A DNA stretch of 64,000 bases, taken from contig MU004197.1 in assembly GCA_010093605.1 (NCBI GenBank), forward strand, positions 1,364,001-1,428,000, given 5' to 3'. Below the pieces are notes generated by a model. The model searched no databases. It was given only the letters and a program-made list of their open reading frames with translations, and had not been told where the DNA came from. The DNA is from Lophium mytilinum. Its lineage: Eukaryota. Made by a program: the position numbers and the translations under genes. This document shows positions 48,790 to 59,513 of the stretch, piece by piece (the stretch's first letter is position 1; every line of letters starts with the position of its first letter).

Positions 48790-51700
48790 TTACACATCTC
48801 CAATACTGATCGTCGTCGGCTTGTTATCCTGTCCTGGCACAGGCGCTCTCATGCCGAATCCCGTATCGGCACCCATGTTGAATACTTGCCGCTCCAAGAC
48901 AAGTAGATGCGCATCATACAAGGTGAACCTCTCCGGATACCTCTTCACGTAAGGCAGACCCTTCTCATAGATCAACCTAAACGGGCCCCCCATCTTGCGA
49001 ATAATATCGATATCTGCTGGTAGATATCCTTTCCCTTCCTTCCCTTCGTTCGGGTAGACATCGTCCTCGATTTGTATTCCATTCTGTCTAGCAACACGGT
49101 GGATGTTCCTATCCAATGCATCAGGGTACTTGACGTTGTTAGTCTGTTCTATCGGAGCCCATGACGGCTCTCCGCACTTCTCTTGGAGCTCGACGATCTT
49201 TTTGAGGAGGCGATCGTGCTCCGGAACTGCTTCGTGGTAGAACATGTTGCTGTAGAACTCGCGGCCATAATTGGCCTTCGAGATTTCATGATCGCAGTGC
49301 TGTTTGAGAACTGCCTTCTCGGTTTGAAGGGTAGTGACAGCGTTCTCGAGTGGAAGCTGCCTGCCTCGGAGCTCAGAAGTTGTCTTCTCCAAGGCCTGGA
49401 TGCGGATGTATTGCTTAGCAATGATGTCCGTATCGCGGGTAGTATTGATCCGGAGTGACTGGAGCTTCTCGTGTTCAAGTGTCGCAATCTTTGCTGCCTT
49501 GATGCGAAGCTCGTTCTCAATCACAGCGATCTTACGAAGGAGTCCCGGTTGTGCCGCTTGAGCGGTTTCCTCCTTCATGAGCATCTTGCTCTCCTCGTCA
49601 ACGAGGTTGGAGATCTTCTCGTCCTTCTCTTCAAGCTCCATCTTGAGCTTGAGGACCTGTTGTTTCATTTCTGAGATCTGATCACGCGCTTTTATCTCAG
49701 CGTCAACCCGAGCTTCTGATTGTTCAGCCAAGAAATGGACGGCCTCGGATGGAATATCCCTCAGCAACTTCGCCATGTCCTTGACCAAGCTTCGGCTGGA
49801 CATCAAGTCTTCCTGACACTCTTTGAGAGCTTCTGCCAGCTTCTGTATTTCGTGCCGCGCCTCCTGGTATTGGGTATTGACGACGATATACCCATTCTGA
49901 ATGTCGCCGATAGCCGACTTTCGATTCTCCTCCAAATGCAGCATATCCTCGATATCTTTCATCGCATCGTCCACCTTCTTCTCCAGAATCTCGTTCTTCT
50001 TAGTCACTCGGGCATTCTCTTCCTGGAGTGCCTTCACAAAGACTTTGAATCGTTCGTCGTCCCCAAAGCAGTTTCGATATGTTTGCACCTCCTGATGGAG
50101 GAAAGCACGCTCTTCTTCGGCTTTGGTGATTTCGGCCTTCGACTCTTCGCGCAACTGCTTCAACTCCCACTCAAGTCGCTCGATCTCCAGATCGGCTTTC
50201 TTCTCCTGATCTTCGCTCTGCTTGCGGTTGATCTTCGTCGCTTCGACGAACTCTTTAGTTAGCTTCTTGGTTGGCTCCATCTCTTTTTCGAGGATGGCAA
50301 GCTCTTTGTTCTTCTGCTCCAATTCCGACTGGCCCTGAATAGCCAGCTCCTGGAAGTGTGCCTTTTCCTTGCGAGCTTCAAGGACCTTCTTGCGGAGAAG
50401 AAGGTTCTGCTGGTCCTTCTTCTCCACTTCATCTTCCAACTCGGACACGTTCATGGTCGTGCGATAGGCCAGTCGGTTGAGTTTCTTGATTTCTCGCTGT
50501 GCCGTCTCGAGCTGCCGTTGTAAGTCCACGGTTGATGGGAGTTCTGATCCCTCGTCATGCTCTTCGTTTCGATCAGCATGCTCATCGTCATGGCTACTAG
50601 CGTCATCTTCGTCATCTTCAGAACCGTCCTCTTCACTATCAGAGCCCTTGCCGTCACTAGCAAGATCCTCATCGTCGAGGTCATAGTCGTCGCCCTCAAT
50701 ACCAGTGCCCTCGTCGTTTTCCAGCTCCCGGTCGAGAAGTTCGTCCTCATCTTGTACAACCTCCTCAACATCTTTATTGACCGAGGTCTCCTTTTCGTTC
50801 GAGGGGCTACTGCAGCTAGTGTCTGTTTTGTTGAGAGAGCCCGAGCAATAGCTAGCTTTGTTCACAGAAGACGCGTAACTGATGGCTGCATCTTCTGTCG
50901 CCGATTTCGTGAGCTGTTCAGGGCTGAAGATGATATCGAACGCAGCCTGCTCTTTCCGCATGAACGAAGGGTCAGCCTGGGCGATCATCTCCAGCCTGTT
51001 ACGCATAAAAGCGGGCAGTTCGGTTGGCAATCCGAAATCATCAGATGAGCCGAGATTGGAGCTGTCCTCTTCGTTGAAATCTTCGTCGCTCTCATATGAG
51101 AAGCGATTTGCTTCTTCGCTGCAGTCGTTCTCATTCTGGACGTGGTCGAGGATGTGCTTGGCGGCATGAGCGAGTTCCTCGGGGTTCTCCAGGATGTATT
51201 CACGCTCTTTTTGGATGTCCTCGGACTCCTGGCAGATCTCGAGGTTCTCTTCCTCGACATCATCAAGCTGTGGATGTGAAAGGTCCAGGAGGACCACAGA
51301 GATGCTGAAGGGCTTCCAAAGAGTAAGAGCCAGTGATCCGGATTCCGCCTTCCAGATTTCCAACCGAAGAAGCTCGTACTCGTCCTGCTCCCATTCGACG
51401 AAGAGACCAATAGAGAAGTTTGAGAAGTCCAGAATGTTCTCGATGTTCAAAACTGGGAGCGTGGCCTTCTGAATCGTAGTCTTGGGGGATGGTATGAAGG
51501 TCAAGGCAGGAATGCCCATGTACTCGGGCTTTCGTGCAGGGCCGTAGGGGACACGAGAGACAGAATAGGGAATGTAAGGGGCATTGACTGTATGAAGAGC
51601 CAATGCAGCTTCTTGCTCACGTTCGAAGATGGCGAACAGTCGAGCAGAGGCGGTGAAAGCTTCCAACAAACCCTGGAAATGGGAGAGGGAAAGGTAGACC

Positions 51701-52293
51701 TCAACATTCTTCGCCAACGGGATTGATACGATCACCGGACGAGGAGGGCCGAATTGAGGTCGATACACTATCAAAGACTTGCAGGCGACCAGAGCCAGAG
51801 AGGCAGCCGGCACATGGTTTACCGCAGTCTTGAAGAGAGGTGTAGAGTCCGTAGAGGAGGAGGTAGAAGTCGGATCGGTAAGGTGAATGGATTGGTCGTC
51901 GGTCCAGACGAGGTCATCAGAGTTGAGCTCCAGGCAAGAGATGGTCTCAATGGTGGTATTGGATACTGCATCATGTAAGCTACCTTCAGAGTATTGCAGG
52001 TTATAACACTTACCGCTGGAAAAGTAGTGACTACACGATTCCTTGATCATGGAGCCGAACGACTCGCCCTCAAGGTAGTGAAGGTATGGAACTTCTCCAT
52101 TGAGCATCCTAATCGAGGTTGATCGAGAGGACTGCTGGCTGTAGCATCGCTGCAGACGTTCGGTTGTGATCGTGGCACCCTCAATGCGGTTGAGTGTATG
52201 AGGTGATGCTTTTGAAGGCCTTCCTAGCTTTAGGAACTCGTGCACCAGGAAGGCCGATGGTACAGCGAGCAAGAAAATATCTAAAGAATCCAT
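48790..52293 (-). CDS. Large hypothetical protein with acidic tract and long coiled coil (1167 aa)
   Basis: Uninterrupted 3.5-kb ORF with a D/E-rich middle and an E/K/L-rich C-terminal half. Confidence 0.85.
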   Translation of the reverse strand: MDSLDIFLLAVPSAFLVHEFLKLGRPSKASPHTLNRIEGATITTERLQRCYSQQSSRSTSIRMLNGEVPYLHYLEGESFGSMIKESCSHYFSSGKCYNLQYSEGSLHDAVSNTTIETISCLELNSDDLVWTDDQSIHLTDPTSTSSSTDSTPLFKTAVNHVPAASLALVACKSLIVYRPQFGPPRPVIVSIPLAKNVEVYLSLSHFQGLLEAFTASARLFAIFEREQEAALALHTVNAPYIPYSVSRVPYGPARKPEYMGIPALTFIPSPKTTIQKATLPVLNIENILDFSNFSIGLFVEWEQDEYELLRLEIWKAESGSLALTLWKPFSISVVLLDLSHPQLDDVEEENLEICQESEDIQKEREYILENPEELAHAAKHILDHVQNENDCSEEANRFSYESDEDFNEEDSSNLGSSDDFGLPTELPAFMRNRLEMIAQADPSFMRKEQAAFDIIFSPEQLTKSATEDAAISYASSVNKASYCSGSLNKTDTSCSSPSNEKETSVNKDVEEVVQDEDELLDRELENDEGTGIEGDDYDLDDEDLASDGKGSDSEEDGSEDDEDDASSHDDEHADRNEEHDEGSELPSTVDLQRQLETAQREIKKLNRLAYRTTMNVSELEDEVEKKDQQNLLLRKKVLEARKEKAHFQELAIQGQSELEQKNKELAILEKEMEPTKKLTKEFVEATKINRKQSEDQEKKADLEIERLEWELKQLREESKAEITKAEEERAFLHQEVQTYRNCFGDDERFKVFVKALQEENARVTKKNEILEKKVDDAMKDIEDMLHLEENRKSAIGDIQNGYIVVNTQYQEARHEIQKLAEALKECQEDLMSSRSLVKDMAKLLRDIPSEAVHFLAEQSEARVDAEIKARDQISEMKQQVLKLKMELEEKDEKISNLVDEESKMLMKEETAQAAQPGLLRKIAVIENELRIKAAKIATLEHEKLQSLRINTTRDTDIIAKQYIRIQALEKTTSELRGRQLPLENAVTTLQTEKAVLKQHCDHEISKANYGREFYSNMFYHEAVPEHDRLLKKIVELQEKCGEPSWAPIEQTNNVKYPDALDRNIHRVARQNGIQIEDDVYPNEGKEGKGYLPADIDIIRKMGGPFRLIYEKGLPYVKRYPERFTLYDAHLLVLERQVFNMGADTGFGMRAPVPGQDNKPTTISIGDV

Positions 52294-53478
52294 GACAGTA
52301 GGTTGTGGCTGCGCCGTGGAGAAGAGTAGGTATTGGTGTGACGATGCAGTGTGAGGTGGTGGGTTGAGGGAGGGTGTGGAAATGAAGAGGTCGACAGCAA
52401 CGACGGAGGTTTAAATAAGCAGCTCGAAGCAGAACCCGCGCAGGCAGGCCGTTGAGCTCGCCCGCGGCGGGTAAACACTCCAGGTAGTGAATGTTCACAG
52501 GCAGCAGGCGGGGCAGAGAGGCGGATTGTTTGATGGTGAGAATCGCCAAATACTCGCACCACTAGAGAGGAATACGTCATAGAAACGCAACCACTTGGCA
52601 AGCAGATTAGATTTCAGTACGGTGATTAGGAAGTGTTGATCTAAAGGGATAAATAGCGTATGTTTATATGGTGGAAGAGGGAGTCTTTGCTTGAAAGATC
52701 AGCTATAAAGGTGTCCCTGAGATGATGTAGAGCTATAGATTTCTCTAAAAGATATGCATATGAAGTCGGAGGCCTGTACAATATGTATGTGCGCAGCGGT
52801 GTATTGAGCATGATACATGTCCTGCGAACAAAAGGAGGCCTGAAGGCTGTAGGGCGTACACGCAAAGTGGATGTTTGGTAAAGTCTACGTGCAGCCAGAA
52901 CCTCCCTCGTGCTACCGATATTTAGAAGAGAACGTTATTAGGGCTACTTTTCCTATCGGCTCGTGGACAAGAGCCTCATGAACTGCCTTCTGCTGTAGTG
53001 GTTCAGTGGTCGAAGACCCTCAGGCGCAACTTCAAGGTTAGCAGAGCAATCGCAGATAGCTTCTGTTTCGTGGCCGCGACCTAAGGGTACAAATCATTAG
53101 TGTGTAAAGCTGTTCTATTTACTTGCCGGACTGTCTCGCATGTTTGCATGTGCAGAATGACCTCAAGCTGAAAGATAACAATCAAAGACGCAAGCAGGCT
53201 CGTTTGAAATCGATGATAAGATCATGTGCTGGGAATACATTACTCCATATCACGTATAAAGGCGAGAGGTCGGGTTTTTATTTGATTTTTGAATAGGTGT
53301 ATGTATACTACAAGTGCAGCAAAAGCCTCTCACTACCCATATCGACACGCACGCTCATCAGCAAACTCCCACTCTGATCTTCTGCACGAGTTGAGGAACG
53401 CTGGAATATCCCGTTTCGTTTGGCCTAAGTCCTCTAGAGAGCATCACCATAACCCTCTTGGCACTTCTATTCGCATCA

Positions 53479-56372
53479 CTAGAGCTCCTCCTCGTCGTTC
53501 GCCTCCAATTCCTTCTCGTGGTCTTGCCAATTCTCTACCACCAAGCCTCGCCTCACTACTTCACTCAATACGAACGGTGTTGCCCGAGGAACCGCTCGGA
53601 TTGGCCTCTCTAGCTGGAACGAGTCGATCTTATCCTCTGGGTTGAGATAATCTGGGCGTGGGATTCCCGCTTGATCAAGGTGGAACTCTTCGTTGGTGCG
53701 ATCATCTTCAACGAAGTTCTCCATACCCTCAGGAACATGCTTTTGAATCAACTCTTGAGAGATTCCGGGGTCCTGCCCTGCCATTCTACGCACATGCATC
53801 CGCTCCGCTGCCTCGTTTATCTGCCGGAGAGCGGGGTCTCTGATCGGCTCAGGTTCCGGAGGGCCATGTATCTCTGCTTCTTGCGCCTCGTGGGGATCCT
53901 TGGACTCGAGGGTGAATTGCGGCTCATATATCCGAATATGCTCGGCCAGTTTCTCTGTCTCGTTTTTCTTCTCCCTCTCAAGGTCTATGAACTTCTTCGT
54001 GCTCTCGACTTCCTGGCTTTGCATCTGCTGCTTCGTGGCCTTGAGTTGTTCGTACAGAGGCTCTTGCTCTTCGGTCAACTGATCAACTCTGTCTCGCAGA
54101 CCATCGATCTGGGCCTGTGCCTTAGGCCCTATATCGATTATACCGTATTGTAGAGCCCAATGGTGTCTTCGCTCCCTCTCGAGCTCCGCGTTGCGAGTCT
54201 TGTAGTATAGGAACCGCAACCGGAAGTTATGGTAGATTGGGGTCATAGTCTCGATCATCGATTGAGCGGTCTGCTCCTTGAGCTCCCACTGCAAAACGAT
54301 ATCATCCAACTTCGAATTCCGGGCCTCCACTTCGTCGATCCACTTGTCCTTTGTCTCGATTGTTGCCTTTAGCTCACGAATCTGCTCATGAGCGGCTTCA
54401 AGTCGTCGCGATTTCTCTTCCGCATCTTTTTCTTCGGCTATATTCGAGTTGACGAAAGTCTCAATGTCCTTGTACTGAATCATGACAGCCTCTTCAAGCT
54501 GTGCAATACATCGGACAGGGTCGAACGGAAGCCCCTCGGCGTCCTCCAAGATGGTTCCATTGAACCAGTTTGCGGCGGCGACTTCCGAACTGATGTTCGC
54601 GAACACGCGCTCGAGTTGTCTTTTGAGGGATACAAGCGACTTCTTGGTTTCGCTTCGGCGAAGGGTATTTTCGGGCTCCTCAGCATCGCATCGGCTAATC
54701 GTGGCCTCGCGAGCTTCAAGCTCTTTTCGGAGCTTTTGGGTTTCATCCGAAGCCTCGTGGCACTCGGAGATCAATTGCTGGTTTCGCTCTTGCACGTACT
54801 TGATCCGAGAGTCAGACGTCTTAATTGCGAGTTCTGTAGCAATGACTGCGTTGTGATTGAGCTCGGATTGCTCAAGCGCGGCTTTCAGCTCGATCTTGAG
54901 AGCCTCCACTTGGTTCTCAAGATAGCCAAACCTCTCGTCGTTGATTTGTCCCATATCGTGGTTGTCTCGATCGGTAAGGGCATTGATTTGTCGCTGGAGA
55001 ATGGCTTTCATATTCTCAGCTTCCCGGCATCTCGTTTTCCATTTCTCTTTAGAAGCGCCCTTCTTCTTGTACGCATCTTGAGTCTTATCCAATTTCTCTT
55101 TGTAGTGGCGGAGCTCACGAGTATTGGCCGCAAAACCCCGATTGAACTCATACTCTAGATGCTCTTCCTGTTTCTTGATGTACGCATCGTCTTTCGCCTT
55201 CGACACCGCAGCCTTCTCCTGAGCATCGCTGAGTTGCTTATTCAGAGCATCGGTGGATGTATTGATCCTCCGTGAGAGAGCTGCAATCTCGGCGTCCTTT
55301 CCCCTGACAACGGTCTCCCAATCCTGTTTGCTCTTCGCGATTTGTCTTTTTGCCGAAGAGATGAGACGCTTTGCCTGATGCTTGTACCGCCTTGCAACAC
55401 GCACCACGTTCGTCATATCTTGTGCGACGACGGAGGGGGTCTCGGTGTTCAATAAGTCGCTGTCTGTCGACATCTCCTCGTCAGAGCAGTCCGTGGCGGA
55501 ACCAATAACAGCGGTTTCAAACCCCCAGGGCTTAGAATACATCTCAACTACAGTTGCTTCAGTGGGCATGACTGCCTCTGGAACAGTCCCGGTTGACATC
55601 TTTTCTCCGTCCGTGTCAGGCTCCAAGGCCCAGGGCACTGTGTCAGCTTCATCTCTACCGGCCTTCGTGTCGTTCCTCTTGCTCCCAGCAGTCGCGGTCA
55701 AGTACTCCTCGTCGTGCGCATGAGTGAGCGCAAACCGGATGTGACCACGATAGTCAGTGTCGACAGAAGAGATGCTGCCGGTGGATGTCACGATAGTGGG
55801 CAGGGTGGGCCAAGAGGAGGACCGCTTGACAGGGCATGGCGTTCGCGGAGAGGACGGCGGCGTAGTAGAGCTACAAGAACTGGGAGATTCTTGGACCGTG
55901 GAGATGGAGCCTTCGGCGGCAATGCTGCCATCAACCTTCTTCGAGACGGAGAAGTCAAGGCGATGTGCGAATATGATTGCGATGACAACAACGCGAAGCG
56001 ACGGATAGGTAGGGCGAGCTGGAGCCCCATGGGACAATGTTGTAGCATCGTTGATCGATGGCGAGGCTTCGCTGGCGCGAGGAGGCGTAGGGATTGGAAC
56101 TTGGTGGGACGGGGGGGCGTTGACTTGGTCTATTCAGTCAGCCTAGTTGAAACCATAGACCACACGCATAGACGCATACCGTCCTGCCGACTCTCATGAC
56201 GGACGCTCTTGATCATCGCGTCGAACGAGTCAAGCTGCGCCACAGAAAGCGAACCAGAGGTAGACTGCGCATTGCGAGATCGTTTATGCTGAGCAGATGG
56301 TGATGATGTTGACTTCAAGGAAGTAGGCCTCTTCCTCTTGAAGTGCTCTCGCAACTTCGTGCGGAGACCCAT
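53479..56372 (-). CDS. Large hypothetical coiled-coil protein (2 exons, about 950 aa)
   Basis: The 852-codon ORF is joined in frame to an exon starting MGLRTKLREHF by an intron near 56130-56178 (GTATGC..GCTGAC..TAG). Confidence 0.82.
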
Positions 56373-57049
56373 TGTACCGGCGGCTCTTCGCGCACTGGGG
56401 TGGGCCAGTCAGCGCGGCGAAGGGAGGTGTCGAAACGATGGATAGGTAGCAGTGGATTGCGAGTGGAGAAGTTGTTGTATGGAGGAGGGAGTGAGAATTA
56501 CACACGAGGTTAAGGCTGCGTGGATGACGGTGGAAGCTCTTGAGGGATGTAAACAAGGCCAAGTTCAGCGTAGCGGCGCCGCGAATAAGACTTGAAATGC
56601 GGAGACTATCTCAATGTCACGTGGACTCGGCTGCTGGTGGTGAATGATATACGTCGACTTGGGAGCTACCTCGCCATGCCCGGGGAAACTGGGCGATGCA
56701 GGCGAAAGGCTAATAAAGCCTAGAATCTGAGCGGATCTAACCGTAGACGAAAATCGTGGAATATAATGGGACTTGGCTAAATACTTTAAAACACCTCTCT
56801 GTATAATAGAAAGAGCAAAAAAAGATTGAAAGAGCAAAACGCCACATTCCCCGATGGAAGGTGTAGAAAACCCTACGCGGGTTATTCGCTGTAGCCAAGT
56901 TCCATGCTCGCGCCGCAAGCGACGAGTTCTGTTACGAATTTCCTTATTGCATGTTCCATAAGGCTAATTCTCGAGGAACGGTCGGAATCGAACGCAGGTG
57001 TCCTCGAGTTGGCGACGTCGGCCGGGTCGGTTGGTAAGTGGCGGGCTGT

Positions 57050-57760
57050 TGGCTCGCACTTTTATTTAGAGCTCTAGTAGCCGGCCGCCTGGCTCAAAGA
57101 AGGGCATAACAGAAGAAGGCAGCACAGCAGCACCACAAAAGAGAGTATAGCGGCCGAATAGCGCCCAACCTAAGCCTCAGCCTTATCCTCAGCCTCAAGC
57201 AGCGCGGCTTAGCCATGCGGAGCTCCTACGTCAGCTTGCATCCTATAAGGAAGAAAGGGAAGGGGCAGCGGCAATATAGGGGGGCCAGGTTTAATACGAA
57301 GAGGCCGTTATAAGGTAGGGATTTAACTGTTTTAGCATACTTATAGGCATATAGCCACGTAGGTAGCAATACAACGGCCTATATACACTAGAGGAAACAG
57401 GAAGTATACTATAGTAAAACGGGTATACTGCACAGCCTCGCCATAAGTACGGCGTTACGCACGACCTCACATAACAGTCTTATCTACGGCTTCGTCTACG
57501 GCCTCGTCTACGGCCTCATCTACGGCCTCACGTACAGCGCGCGGTTATATATAGGTTGCTGGAAACGGTAAGAATGCACAATAGAATAGTAAGGCTTCAC
57601 AGCCTTCCCATAGAACACGGATGCGCGTGCGAATTAAGCACCGGAGCAGTAATCCGAAGCCTCCGAGCCAACCAGACGATCAGACGGAAGGGGGGTGTAA
57701 TTGGAGTGAAAAAGGGGTGTGATTCGAGCTAAAAGGGGGTGCGGAGTTAGCAACGCCCTA
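57050..57760. mobile_element. Probable repeat or transposon relic with internal minisatellites
   Basis: TpA-enriched. It holds a 12-bp repeat TCTACGGC(C/T)TC(G/A) x4 at about 57483-57530 and AAGGGG(G)TG x3 at 57688-57742, and it resembles 31870-32020. Confidence 0.45.
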
Positions 57761-59513
57761 ATTTTAGTCGTAGTTGTCGCAAATATGCGTTAAGTATCTG
57801 TGCAACATCATAGAAATAAGGAGCCTTACAAATATATGAAATTAGAGCACGGCTCTCGCATATCTAGGCGCGACGGATAGGCGCTGTTTTTAAGGAAGAT
57901 GGAGGGCGTGGACCATTAGTGTTGAGGCAGGTAAAATCACGTGGAGATTATGGGAATAGAAGGAATTAAAGCTAGAGAATCCCGAAGTCCATTTAAAAGT
58001 TTTTTACTACTGTAGAACTATCTCGTGCAAAATTGTAGCGATGAGACTTATATAGCAGCTTCCTGTAGCCACGTAGCTAGGGGCCCCCCCTTGTACCCGG
58101 CTATGAATATACATCGCTAAGCGGCAGTAAAATAGAATAAGACAAGAAGTGGGGCTTAAGAATGTTGTATTCATGATGGTGAGGAAGCTAGCTATTCCTT
58201 GTAAGGAGTAAAGATATACAAGCGGCTGAGTAAGTAATAGCTGGGAAGGGGCTAACATCGCCAATTACCGATTTGTTTTTAGATAGAGCAGTGGATCAAT
58301 TCTAGGGTAGGAAACTATTTGCTGGAGTACGAGTACGTAAGCTAATTTCGCAGAAGCTGCCGACGTCTAGCTCTGAACTCGAACACCGGCACATTCCCAA
58401 TCTTTTCCGATTTCAACACGCAATTCAAAATTCTATGCAGCGAGATTCCAGCTACCTCCTGATAGACTGGCTAGCCAGCAGTCGGTTCTGCGATACGTGT
58501 CTTTCATGCAGCCTTCTTTCTTGGCTCCTGCACCTGCGTCCCCCCCAGTTTCTCCATATCTAATAGAACTTGTCGGATGCGCTCCTCGCGAGATGGTCCC
58601 GGGCTCGCTCCATCTTGCGTGCATGCTAGCAGAGGCATGTCTTCGCGACTTTGGAGGAACCGCGCCATTCCAAATGAGAGATCGGAGTTGGAGTGACTGG
58701 TGCACTGAGTAAGAAATCAGCCAATCACGTGATGTTGTGTCTTATCTTACTTGGCCTCAACACTTCCTGAATCTTTATTCGTAAGACAAGTCATTGCGAT
58801 GATGTTGATTTATTTTTCTATTCTTGTCAGTTGCTGTCTTCGAAGAATCATAATTTGGGTTCATACCTTTAGAATATTTCCTTTCCAACTGTTCGAGATT
58901 CAATCGGCTTGATGGGGCGTTCTTCATCCTCGCGGGACTTGAGTCTCTTATACGCCTTTGTTCTGACATGATGGACAACTTTTCTTTGAATCATATCTTC
59001 GCGATACTCGAAATTGAGGTTTGGGGTGCTTCTTGTGGAGTTGTGCGTATGTTCAAAATGAGCGTCGCACATATGTGCTGCATATCAAGACCCCTGGCTC
59101 AATCGCAGTCTATCATTGGCACTTGGCACCGCCACATTTCCGCTCTTTCCCACCTCAGCCGCATCGCACATATGTGCTATGCAAGGCCCATTGTGGCTTA
59201 GCGTAATGTCTGGGCGGCTAACTTCTTGTTAATCTTCAGCCTGATCACACGAAGATAGACTTTCTTCTCTATCACGACACGAACAAGCGCATCTTGGTAG
59301 CCATTTGCAGCATCACGGGAAACACAGACCAAGTTGCGCATATCGAGTGCAGAGCAAATGGAGCGGTGCCGTTGATACCACTGCCTATGCGGAGCCAACT
59401 TCAAGCCCGAAAAGTCGAAAGCCAGTACCCGCAAAAGAACGAGATAGCTAAGACTTCGCAGGATCATGTTCATCCTCTTTTCGCGTTCTCGCCAGTAGTC
59501 AGTTTCCGTCATC

